A DNA stretch of 64,000 bases from Paragordius varius (Eukaryota; Animalia; Nematomorpha), in assembly GCA_964247055.1 (NCBI GenBank), contig OZ176051.1, positions 14,446,001 to 14,510,000 of the forward strand. The letters run 5' to 3'. The notes beneath the pieces are model-generated. The model ran no database searches. It was not told the DNA's origin and was given only the letters and a program-made list of their open reading frames with translations. Position 1 is the stretch's first letter. Each line of letters starts with the position of its first letter. Position numbers and translations under genes: made by a program. Below, in pieces: positions 38,660 through 49,639 of this stretch.

Positions 38660-40046
38660 AAAAAAAGATTTTGCACCACCCCCCTAATATCATGGAAAGG
38701 CCAAAACAAAAAAATAGAGGCCGCCAACAGGATTTTTTAAAATTGAATTTAAATTTGCGTTAAATTTAAAAATATTTTGTACATATAATTAAAAATTTAA
38801 ACGAGCAAGTCATAAGTGGCATTCCAAAGCCAGATATTTTCATTATAATATTAAAACGAAAAATGAAAAAATGATACAAATATACCAGCCCCAGTATACG
38901 GTACCACAGAAGATTTTTTTATTAACGAAGACTCTACAGAAAATGTTATTGATGATCCATATAGTAGAACTTTATCAAAACTTTGTCGATCTTTATAAAA
39001 TATAAACTGACCAAAATCGCTGCTGAAGGTTTGTTATCTCTTTTGCGCGAGAAATACGTCTTATCAAATGGGCTTGTTATTCTACATAGATATGGATAAT
39101 ATACAAATAAATATCAATTTATTGAATATTCTATGTATTAAATAAAAGAGAATACGAAACTATAAGAATATAAAACTAAAATAAATTTCTGAAAGCTAAT
39201 GAGTATTAAAAATCAAAAATATAAAAAATATAAAAGAGCTATATTGTGGTGTCATAGATCCGGACGGCTTGCACAAGCTCTGAAAAATAAAATAAAGGAT
39301 ATACAATGAGGTGATCGTAGTACCGGAGAGACCTGGAAAAATATAACCCAGTTAACTTCAGCAAAATCTAGGGAAATTGACATGTCAAATTAACCAATTC
39401 ATAGAATTTGACTATGAAATCGGATAAGAAGTCTTCTAGATAAGCTCAAGTGTTCATATTATTGTAGTAGGATATCCATAAGCCATGTAATAAAAGTGGC
39501 TGCCCAACATCTATCTGAGATTCAAAGTATTTTGCAGCCGATCATTTTCAAAATAAATAATATTCACTAGGTATAAATATCACGATTTTTAGTAAGAATC
39601 AACTGAAGAGAAAAACCGAAGTACATAATTAACCAAAACAAACAAAATAAATATAGCCTATTTGAAAGCCAAAGGTTTAAAATACAAATACTTCTCTTAG
39701 TATTTTTTAATATAAATTTATACGCGTTTATAATTAGCCTTAAAAAAACACCATATTTTAACGTTTATACCCGTACTATTTTCCCCCTAATATTTAAATG
39801 ACATATTTATATTCAAAAGATTGACTTTAAAACGCCTTATGATATTAATTTTATAATATAATAACTCATAAAGTAATATTTGATTTTCTGCCCCTTTTCT
39901 CTTTTTTTGAAATAAAAAACCTGTAATATCTCAAATTTCTGATAAGGGGGATGAAAAAAAATTTCGAATTCGGTTTTAAAACACTAAAATCAGTTAAAAT
40001 ACAATGACTGGTGGTGCTCGAAAAAGTCCAACTTTGTCGACTGGTG
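38660..40046 (+). mobile_element. Tc1/mariner-type non-autonomous element (family of 32678 and 58400)
   Basis: Colinear similarity to 58400-59521. Right end ...TTTGTCGACTGGTG|TA; left end degenerate. Confidence 0.65.
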
Positions 40047-40163
40047 TAATTAAGGAAATTTTTTGTGATTAGGTTTATTACATTGTCCTAAAAATACATT
40101 ATCTATACGTATCTAAAATAGCCTACGTCAGATGTGTCCACAAATGGCTTTTCGGGCCTTTTT

Positions 40164-41167
40164 CAGTGGCGATACTACGGGCTACGGCGAGCAGGCCGCG
40201 AGGTCCCAAGGTAAAAGAGAGGCCTTTTTATTCTTTATTAATTTTGAATTATGGCACCTATTTATTTGGAGTCATTTCCGCTTAAAAATTAATAATTAAT
40301 TATCTCCTAACGATTTGAGTAAAAATTTTCCTATTCAAATGGTGTCATTTTCTAATTCTTTTAGGGATAAGATGTCTTAAATTAACAATGCTATGCATTT
40401 TGCAGAGCCATTAATTATTAAATAACCAACAGTTTCATTCATGTGTGATGTAGATATAACAGCAATTTTTTTGATTTCCTCAGTTACGGTTGAGACAGCG
40501 GAACCTTCCATCTTAATATAATATAAATTATATTAGAAGCATGATGACTATAGAAAAGTTAAGCAATTATCGTTACTAGCGATTTCAGGGGAGAAGAGAT
40601 GGCGGATCAAATGGATAAAAAAATATAAATAGAAAATTTGCTCATGCAAAATAGAGGAAACGAAATTTTAAAACATGATATTCTATTTAAAGTTCTAAAC
40701 TCTGATTAAACATCTATTGGCTTAATCAAAAATTATATAATAAATTTATTTTTTCGATTATATATTTTTCATCGATATATCCGCCATTAGCGCTTCATAT
40801 AACAATAAATTGGTCATTCTTTTTTCAATTATCATGTGAGTTACTCTTATTTGTATTTTACTTAAATGGACGTTTTAGAATCAAGGATAAGCGGAAGTTA
40901 GGGTGGGGGGTGTGTACTAAATATCATATTTAAAAATAACAACGCATAACTTTTAGACTTAAGATACCAAATCATGCATGTATTATATTTCTAAATACAA
41001 AATTTTCTTTATGAATCTAAAGAATACGCCAGTGAAAAATGCAAACAAATTGGTCTTGCTTTTAATCAAAACACGGCATGAACAAACAAAAAATTATTGT
41101 ATCTAGAAATTTTTTGGGATCGGCCCAAACTTAAATCTTGCAGTGAGCAAAATTAGTTCCGCCACTG
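40164..41167. mobile_element. Decayed hAT element
   Basis: CAGTGGCG...CGCCACTG termini; partly matching 8-bp flanks (GCCTTTTT vs ATCTTTTA). Confidence 0.5.
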
Positions 41168-41962
41168 ATCTTTTACGACTAAAAAAACACTGGCATGCCG
41201 CAGTTGTAAAATATATGGTTAGTATTTAATTTCATACATAAGACCGTAAAAAATGCAAAATTAATAAAACTACCATTTATTTCACCAATATTTTCCAGCT
41301 CATCGCCAATCGTAAAAAACTTAATTAGATTCATATATAGCAGTGCATATTTTTAATTATGGATTTTAATTTCCAAAATTTTCTCCGGCCGTCCCATATG
41401 GTTATGGGGCCGCGCTATGGACACCATTAATATCAGAGAATCCGTCGTACCTTAACTAGAATGCTTTATTTTAAAAACTGTGCACTATTTAAAAGCAAAA
41501 CAATATCTATGTTGAGAGCTCTGAAAGTCTCACATTATCACTAAAGAGGGCATCATTTGATTTGAAATTAAAAGTAATAAATTTTATTTAAACGCAATAA
41601 TACTTGGACACATTAAGGAAGTGGTTTCATGACAAACACTTTTTCACGTAATTCACTGTTGTTGTTTTTCTCACTTCAATTTGAACAAAAAAAATTTGGC
41701 CAAATAAATTTGATTTTTGAGAAAAGTGATTAATGTAATGTTAAGTGCATAGCATGCATAGAATAGAACTTTGGATCTATTAATTACATATTTATTTATT
41801 TAAAAATGGATCAATATTTTATAGCACAGAAGTGGCATTTTTACGTTAATTTTAAAATAAGTCTATTTTGTAATTACTCCCACTATTTGTGGAGTCCATA
41901 TAATTACAAAGGTTTAACGATTGTAATATTTACAAAATTAACAAAAAATTTAATATACTCAT

Positions 41963-42294
41963 TAATGCGTTTAGAATAGAGACGACATATGAATTAATAA
42001 CTCAAATTAAGTACATTTATTAACTGATTGCTCAGTGTTGGTATAGGTGTATTTATATATTTTAGCAAGGATAAATAACAATAATAAATTAGAATACTAT
42101 TTGTATCAAATACAATGTCATATAAAATATCCATATATATAATAGTCATTAGATTACTTATTAAATACAATGTCGTATAATTTAACTCAAGGTTATAAAG
42201 TTAGCAACTATAATTAGAATACTTGTACATACAATGTCATATAAATTATATAATAAATAATAATAATATAACTTAAGGTTTTAACCAATTAACA
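41963..42294 (-). repeat. 3' LTR (TG...TA)
   Basis: Direct repeat of 44426-44757, immediately preceded on the minus strand by the PPT. Confidence 0.95.
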
Positions 42295-42810
42295 TTATCT
42301 TCCCCCTATAGTAAAGCGGTCTGGGGGTTTTCGCTGGCGTTGTGGGTACCTGGGTTTAGGCATGTCTATATTCGTTGTTGGAGCTATGTTATTATCCTGT
42401 GTGGTTATGCCTATCGGCGATGGTTGTATATTATTGTTTATGGCTTCGAGATCTGGTGGAGTAGAGGTATATTCTTCGGAATTAATTGGTTTTTCGGGAG
42501 CTGGCGTGGTTGTTCTCGGACATTCCATTCTTTGTTTTAATTGATCAGCATGTTTTCTAAGAACTCTGTCTGTTTCGTCTGTTACCATATATGATATTGG
42601 ACCCCGGCGTTCTAATATTTCCCCTGCCCTCCATCCTTTTTCTATTTCATTTTTTATAAAAACCTTCTCTCTTGGAACGAACTGGCGAGTCGGTTCTATT
42701 TCATTATCGATAAACTCAGTTGTTTGTGTTTTGAGCCATGACATCGGACCATTTGGGTGTCTCTTCAGAAAGACTTGTGATGGTGTATTCATAATGGCAC
42801 TGTGTGTTAA
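42295..42810 (-). pseudogene. pol: Integrase C-terminal region, separated from the main pol frame by a 1-nt frameshift near 42810
   Basis: YRN / THSAIMNTPSQVFLKR continues in a shifted frame, then WRAGEILERRGPISY and PRYPQRQRKPPDRF. The stop abuts the LTR. Confidence 0.85.
42298..42307 (-). promoter_or_regulatory. Polypurine tract AGGGGGAAGA
   Basis: Purine run 3 nt before the 3' LTR TG; overlaps the last codons of integrase. Confidence 0.85.
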
Positions 42811-44417
42811 TTTCGATAGCCATATAAAATCGTGTTGATTGCCTCGTGGGCATGCATTGTTTGCGTTTTTGTAGCTCTATATCTGAATTTGAGGGTTGCA
42901 ATACATCTTTCAACCAATCCATTGGACTTGGGATGGTATGGACTTACTAAAATATGTTTTATATTAAGATTATGTAAGGTACTTCTGAATTCATGGGATG
43001 TAAAGTATGGCCCATTATCAGTGACTATCTGTCTCGGAAAACCAAATCTGGCCATGTGTTTTTCTAAACAATTCAATAATTGTTGTGAGGTTATCGATTT
43101 GAGTAAATCCACCTCAACCCATCTTGAAGCGCTATCAATGGTAACTAACCAAAAATAACCATCTATGGGGCCGGCTATGTCGATGTGAATTCTCTCCCAC
43201 AACGCGGTGTTGAAATTCCATTTCCACGTTGGATTTTCCTTTATATTAGGCTTGTTTCTTTGACACGGTTTACATGTTTCTACAAAATTTTCTAAATCTT
43301 TTTCTAAGTTTGGCCAATATATGGATTGTCTTGCTTGTTGTTTCATCGATTGCGCTCCGTTATGTCCAGTATGTAGCAATTTCATTACGTCCCGCTGCAA
43401 GGATGTGGGTATTAGTAATCTGTCATTTACAAATAAAAGATTATAGTATATTTGAATCTCATTTTTTACTTTCAGAAATTCCTTTATACTTGGATCACTC
43501 CAATCATTTGTTCTTATTGCTGATTTAAGTTTGTTTGCCAATGGATCTAACCTTATCTCCTCCTCCACTAACTCTTTACTTAGATTAAATTCATTCATAG
43601 TTAAAAATTTTACCGTGTGTGATACCTCATCATCTTCATTTTGCACCTCCATGGTATTATCATTATTTGGTAATCTGGATAGAGCGTCGGCTAAGTTGTT
43701 TTGCCCTTTTTTATATTCGATTTCATAGTCGTATCCCGATGTTTTATAGATCCATCTAAGAAGTTTAGCATTATTAATATTTTGTAAATTTCGAGTTCGA
43801 CCAAATAACCCGATTAGTGGTTTGTGATCGGTTATAATTTTGAATTTTCTACCATATATAAATGGTTTAAATTTTTCTAAAGCATACGTGATAGCTTTTG
43901 CTTCTTTCTCTATTGTTGAATAATTGGTTTCGGCATCGGTGCATTTGCGTGAAGCGTATGATATGGGACGCTTTCCTTCCGGGGTAATATGTAGTAAGAT
44001 CGCTCCAAATCCCTTGTTTGATGCGTCTGTTTCTATTAGTATTGGCCAATTTGGGTTATACGGTATTAATGTATTGTAATTTATCATAAGTTGTTTTGCT
44101 GATTTTAACTCCTCTTCTTCTATCTCGGTCCAGGCCCATGGTCTAATTGAACCTGTGTTTCTGTGGAGGTTGCATATCGCTTGATGCAGATTTGGTATGA
44201 ATCGATGAAAGTTTAGCAGTCCTAAAAATGATCTTAGTTCTGTCTTATTGGTGGGTCCCGGACAATTGATCAAAGCTTGAATTTTGTCATTGGTGGGACG
44301 AATTCCATTCTTTGAAATTTCATATCCCATGTAATTGACAGATGAAACGGCAAGTTGCAATTTGTCTCTGCTCAGTTTCAACCCTGCAGCTTCCAATCGT
44401 TGCAATATCCTGGTCAC
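42807..44417 (-). CDS. pol: Truncated Pol: RT thumb/connection, RNase H, integrase zinc finger and DDE core
   Basis: TDAS..GFGA.L, PISYASR, YSTIEKE, ITDHKPL (RNase H); H..H.G...C..C; HIDIAGP, TDNGPYF, SNGLVER (integrase). Confidence 0.93.
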   Translation of the reverse strand: MTRILQRLEAAGLKLSRDKLQLAVSSVNYMGYEISKNGIRPTNDKIQALINCPGPTNKTELRSFLGLLNFHRFIPNLHQAICNLHRNTGSIRPWAWTEIEEEELKSAKQLMINYNTLIPYNPNWPILIETDASNKGFGAILLHITPEGKRPISYASRKCTDAETNYSTIEKEAKAITYALEKFKPFIYGRKFKIITDHKPLIGLFGRTRNLQNINNAKLLRWIYKTSGYDYEIEYKKGQNNLADALSRLPNNDNTMEVQNEDDEVSHTVKFLTMNEFNLSKELVEEEIRLDPLANKLKSAIRTNDWSDPSIKEFLKVKNEIQIYYNLLFVNDRLLIPTSLQRDVMKLLHTGHNGAQSMKQQARQSIYWPNLEKDLENFVETCKPCQRNKPNIKENPTWKWNFNTALWERIHIDIAGPIDGYFWLVTIDSASRWVEVDLLKSITSQQLLNCLEKHMARFGFPRQIVTDNGPYFTSHEFRSTLHNLNIKHILVSPYHPKSNGLVERCIATLKFRYRATKTQTMHAHEAINTILYGYRN

Positions 44418-44424
44418 GGCACCA
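44407..44424 (-). promoter_or_regulatory. Primer-binding site complementary to the tRNA-His 3' end
   Basis: Minus strand TGGTGCCGTGACCAGGAT, 1 nt from the 5' LTR. The plus strand ATCCTGGTCACGGCACCA matches the 3' 18 nt of metazoan tRNA-His(GUG) as I recall it. Confidence 0.88.
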
Positions 44425-44425
44425 A

Positions 44426-44757
44426 TAATGCGTTTAGAATAGAGACGACATATGAATTAATAACTCAAATTAAGTACATATATTAACTGATTGCTCAGTG
44501 TTGGTATAGGTGTATTTATATATTTTAGCAAGGATAAATAACTATAATAAATTAGAATACTATTTGTATCAAATACAATGTCATATAAAATATCCATATA
44601 TATAATAGTCATGAGATTACTTATTAAATACAATGTCGTATAATTTAACTTAAGGTTATAAAGTTGGCAACTATAATTAGAATACTTGTACATACAATGT
44701 CATATAAATTATATAATAAATAATAATAATATAACTTAAGGTTATAACCAATTAACA
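44426..44757 (-). repeat. 5' LTR (TG...TA)
   Basis: Direct repeat of 41963-42294, followed on the minus strand by the PBS. Confidence 0.95.
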
Positions 44758-45046
44758 CTCATAAAATAAAATTTTATTAAATCGAGCGATTTACAGTTTT
44801 TGGTAATGATAAATATCGAAATATTGACATATTATTCAATCCGAAGGTTTGAGGACTTATTTGTTACCTCACTTTTGTTCGTTTAAACTGGCAAATTTTT
44901 TTGAAGAAATGCCTTACCGAAGCCTACATAGAATAATTAAATATCTCTTTTTAATTTTTATTTAATTTTAATAATAAGCAAACAAAAAATTTATTTTTAA
45001 CGTTTTTTCCCTAATCTATATATTAAGTAAACTTAATGGTACAAAG

Positions 45047-45267
45047 CCGAGGGGTCAAACATAAATGACTCCGCGGGCCACATTCGCAAAATATATCGCC
45101 ATTAACAAATATTTTATTAGATTTAAAACATAAGCCTCTAAATTTATTTTAATTGCTGTTGCTACTTTGCCATGAATTTTGTTTGATTAAATTTCGTAAA
45201 ACTTTGTATTCAAAATTTCTGAAGGGCGGTAGAAATATTTCGAAGGGCCGTGTGTTGGACATCCCTG
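45047..45267. mobile_element. Short hAT Charlie-type MITE
   Basis: GGGGTCAAAC...CGCGGGCCAC left end and GGGCCGTGTGTTGGACATCCCTG right end. Left TIR imperfect; no clear TSD. Confidence 0.45.
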
Positions 45268-45632
45268 GTGTAACGTATGAACATTTTTGGTATAAAATTT
45301 TTGTTTTACTGGACTAAACACTTGTATGAACATTGTAACGTGCACTATTTTAGGCTATATTTGCATTTAAAATGGCTAAAAGGATATTTAATTTTCATTG
45401 TAAGTAGCCATGTATTAGATTTTTTTATAAGTATTAGTGTATTGTTTTTCTACAATTTTCAAATTATAAATTAAAATGAAAAATCTCTTACATGGCTATT
45501 GACATGTAAACCAAATCTTTTAGCCTAATACAGAAATGGCCTATATCATTGTGCAGCAAAAATGGCGATCAAAAATGCTTTAATTATTAATCACATATCA
45601 TTTGATAGCTTAAAGCTTTAGGAAAATTAATA

Positions 45633-46173
45633 TACCATTTGCACTTCAAGAGTGTCCTTGAATATTTTAAGTTGATCCTTGAACACTTGAAGTTAGTCAT
45701 TGAGCATTTCAAGTTGGTCTTAAAATATTTAAATTTTGATTTAACCATAATTTTTGCATGTATTTTTTATATTATTTTTTAACGTAATTTTCTTTATTTA
45801 TTATGTATTTATTCATTTAAAAATAAAATTTATTATTAAAAACCACTTTTTTATTTCAAATTATTTTTTTCCAATTAAACAAAAAACTTTTAAATGTTTT
45901 CTTAAAAATTGTAAATAATAACCCAGAAAATTTATATATTTTTAGATGTTAAATCTCATAAATATCCAAAATTTTAAGAAAAAAAAGATATACGGTTTCA
46001 AAATTATTAATAATTGATATTGATTTAAATATATGTTAGATAATTGAAAATAAGTCAAAAACGATAAAATAGATGAATGATTTACGATTTGATTGATAAA
46101 AGTTTAAAGCAAAACAAAAAAGTCAAAGGACCAATTTGAAATGTTCAAGGACACCCTTGAAGTGCAAATGGTA
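45633..46173. mobile_element. TIR element TA|TACCATTTGCAC...GTGCAAATGGTA|TA with subterminal repeats
   Basis: 35-bp TIR with 2 mismatches, TA flanks, and repeated TTGAA..TTTCAAGTTG.TC units inside the left end. Confidence 0.8.
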
Positions 46174-46377
46174 TATCACAAATATGCGGTTGACAATCTA
46201 GATAAAAAGTGATAATTTTTCTGCTAAAAATTTAATACAACAAACAAAAACGCAACAAAGAAATTATATTCGATAACATATGCCCAAAGAATAGTCCAAA
46301 ACGTACAATATTATTGATAAATATTTCGCATTCAGAGGGTTCCTTTACAGAAATCAATCCTAAAAAATTCGACTTTG

Positions 46378-46748
46378 GCCCGTCAAATTCGAAAATAAAC
46401 CTGTTATTATGAGATAAAAATTTTAAAATTTATTTTAACGACCGATTTACTATATATTTAGAGCTTACCCAACATTTAAACCTTATATAAAAAAGAAATA
46501 TTTTGCAATTTACACCAAAGCGGAAGTAGATATTTACAAAACACAATATATATTTTATAAATACCTTTTTTATATAGTATATACTATGGACAAAAAAAGA
46601 TTTATCAACTCAGTTTTTTGATTTGGGGAGTTTGGATTCCCAAAAGCTGGCATCAATAGGCGACATGGCGCGAAAATACTAAATCACAACTTTAGGGACC
46701 AAAAAACTGAGCTGATACTTTTTACTAATCGTATATAGGAAAGGTATT

Positions 46749-46785
<37 letters not shown>

Positions 46786-46950
46786 GCTTTGTAAATATAC
46801 GATACTTCCGCTTCTATGAAAATTGCACAAAATTTTTTTTATCTAAGCCTTAAATGTTGGATAACTCTATATATATGTTAAATCAATAGTTAAAATAATA
46901 TTTAAATTTTTTTATTGTAATAACAAGTTTATGGATTCGAATTTGACGCC
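46378..46950. repeat. Foldback/palindromic element with ~250-bp imperfect arms
   Basis: CGTCAAATTCGAA / TTCGAATTTGACG, AAGCGGAAGTA / TACTTCCGCTT and CTCAGTTTTTT / AAAAAACTGAG pairs around a central loop near 46625-46700. Confidence 0.7.
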
Positions 46951-48523
46951 TAGTGCAATTTTTAGCATTTAATCCTATAAGTCCTTTTAGAACCCCTAAT
47001 TTTCAAAATCTCTTGCGTCTGGGAATATTATGCTATATATCAACTTACATTAGAGCGTTTTACTCCCTTAGGTTAAATATATTCGACCTAATGTTTGCGA
47101 CAGGAGATACGTGATCTTGGCTTAAAACAGAAAAATTAAAATAACTTTTTTTTCTAGATTGTGAAACGCATTTATTGATATAAACGATATATGATTAATT
47201 AATAAAGCATTTTGGCTGCGTACTATGTAATAGTGCTAGTTACTGTAATACATCACTTTTTAATTTTTTCATAACCTAATTAAAGTGTGTTGTCTCTTAA
47301 TTACGATGCCTCGTCCCTATATTTCCATTAAAAAACTCTTCATTTTTTTCATATAATTTGACTAAATTTTAAAAAAAATTACATCAGTCTATTAAATGAA
47401 AAAAAGACAACAGTTATATATAAAAGTGGATCTCTTAAATCGCAAATACTAACCTATTTTACAGTAAAAATGAATCGGTCGAATATATTGATTTTTATAT
47501 CAATGAATACCATATATATTTCAAACATTACCAATTAAAATCATTTCTTAAAAATTTTTATTCTTTTTTTACAAAAACAAAATAATTCTGAATTCGTAGG
47601 TTTTCACTATTATAATAAAATTTAAGTATGGTGCAAAAGTGTAAAGGGTAAGTTTAAAGGCAAATTTTAGAACTAATTTCTATTAGAGTGTACATAAACA
47701 CTTGATATCTTTAAGAGTGGTTCTATATCCCAAATGTTTTTAAATTGTTACGTATTGAGCGAAATTAAAAATATGTTCATAGCCTTATATGCGCATATAG
47801 AAAAAAATATAAATGGAAGTTTGTAAAAAAATCTTATTTTAAATTTTTTCACCGCCATTTTTTTATATTTTTCAAACATTGATGTATGGTAGGAAAATGG
47901 CAATAAGTAACTAGATATACCTTATAGGTACATACTACCAACAAATACTTAATTGGATATTAAAATTAGCTGGTTGTTTATATGTTTTGCGTCTCTCCCA
48001 ATTTGGGACTATACAAACTAAAAAACTGAAAATAATATAAGCTCTTTCATCTAATAAACACATTGTTCGTAAAAATATCCTGATAAAATATAATGCTCTC
48101 AAAGGAAATGGTATCAGGTTTTGTCCTTTAGGTTTTGGCCCTTACGAGTGAATTTAGAAAGTACTTATGTAATATCTGCTTCTTTATCAGAACATTTTGT
48201 TCAAATTAAAAATATTAGTAAAAATTATGCTTCACTCTAAATATCACTAAAATACATCATAAAATATATGCAAAAGGCAACACAATTTTTAAAAATTTAA
48301 TTATTAGATGTGTGACTCAAGAGTCCCAAAACTAAAATTATACGAGAAAACCGTAAAATATAAAGCAAAATACTTTTCTAAAAGAGAGCCATACTTAAAA
48401 TATAAATTTTTGCCATATTAATGATTTATTAACAATTATAAAATATATGATTTTCAAAAGACAACCATACATATTAACCCTTAATATTAGATTACTTAAA
48501 TATTTATCTGCCACTCCAAAATA

Positions 48524-48796
48524 CAGTAAAAATTAGAATTTTACGGATAAAATGTGAAAATATAAAACAAATATTTTTTTTCAAAATACAATTATAATTT
48601 TTTAAACCTCAATATTACTTATATAAATATTTACTTAACTGCAAAATATATTTATAGGATTTCCTGTTTACATCTGTATTTCATACATTTTCAATTAAAA
48701 TATTTAACTATTTGAAAATAATCAAGATTTAAAAAGTATGGTTGTTTTTTTTAAAAACTGTATTACGTTTTGTTCGTATAATTTCAATTTTTACTG
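48524..48796. mobile_element. CAGTAAAA-family MITE (a left half-copy also starts at 49400)
   Basis: Same TIRs and TA flanks as 659-928. Confidence 0.75.
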
Positions 48797-49639
48797 TAAG
48801 TTAAATCACAATTTTGTAAATTTACAATTATTTCAAATGTAGTTTTAAATTCTGAAAACTTGTATCTAAAAGGATACAATAACACATGGAATTATGATTT
48901 TTTAATTATAATGCAACCATATTAATTATCCTAGAATAATAAGGAAATATATTTCCTAAAGTTTATTTAACATCGCGAGGTACATCTGTTAAATGTTTAT
49001 GACTAAATTAAATATATTTTACAAGGTACATTCGAATTCAATGCACTATATATTTATTTATTTAAAATTAGGCTAGATCAGTATTTGAATGTCGAAATTC
49101 CATGCACTTCTGTAATCGAAATTGACTTTACCTATTTAAATGACACCATCAAAAATCCCTATGTCATTTTGTATTTATCACTCATGATTAAAGAATAACG
49201 TCTTTCAACAACGAATTGGGTAAAAAGTTAATTATATCAGTGTCTACGAAATATACCATAAATTATTATATACCATTTTTCATTCAAAAACAACATTTGT
49301 TTAAGCATATACAATATTTCTTCAACCAAAGACAACATTTTTTTCAAGCAATAACAACAATCTTTTAAAAATTTAAAAGAATTTTTTTAACTGTATATAC
49401 AGTAAAAATCGAAATTATACGGACAAAACATAATAGACAATTTTTTTTAAAAAAGACAACCATACTTTTTTTAGATTATTTCCAATATAACTGATTATCT
49501 TAACGAAAATAAATCAAATACAGATATTAATAAAAAAAACAACATTTGAAATAAATGGATACGGACTTTGTCGGTACTTTTACGTACCCAAGATTCATAC
49601 CCGTAAATAGTGGGGTAAACTATCGCCTTTAGAATGGTA

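Larger units (their letters stand above)
41963..44757 (-). mobile_element. Ty3/gypsy LTR retrotransposon, internally deleted (no gag, protease or RT catalytic core)
   Basis: Two 332-bp LTRs (41963-42294 and 44426-44757; 6 mismatches by my count), 5-bp TSD CTCAT (41958-41962 and 44758-44762), PBS, PPT, and RNase H-integrase domain order. Confidence 0.97.

Noticed and set aside
42340-44049. Plus-strand ORFs 42340, 42362, 42832, 43274, 43531 and 43867
   Set aside because: Antisense shadows of the GC-richer pol region with no protein-like features.
44407-44424. tRNA-His gene
   Set aside because: Only the 3' 18 nt including CCA are present, next to an LTR. This is a primer-binding site, not a gene.
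44457-44693. 78-aa minus-strand ORF
   Set aside because: Lies entirely within the AT-rich LTR; Y/I/L/N-biased composition.
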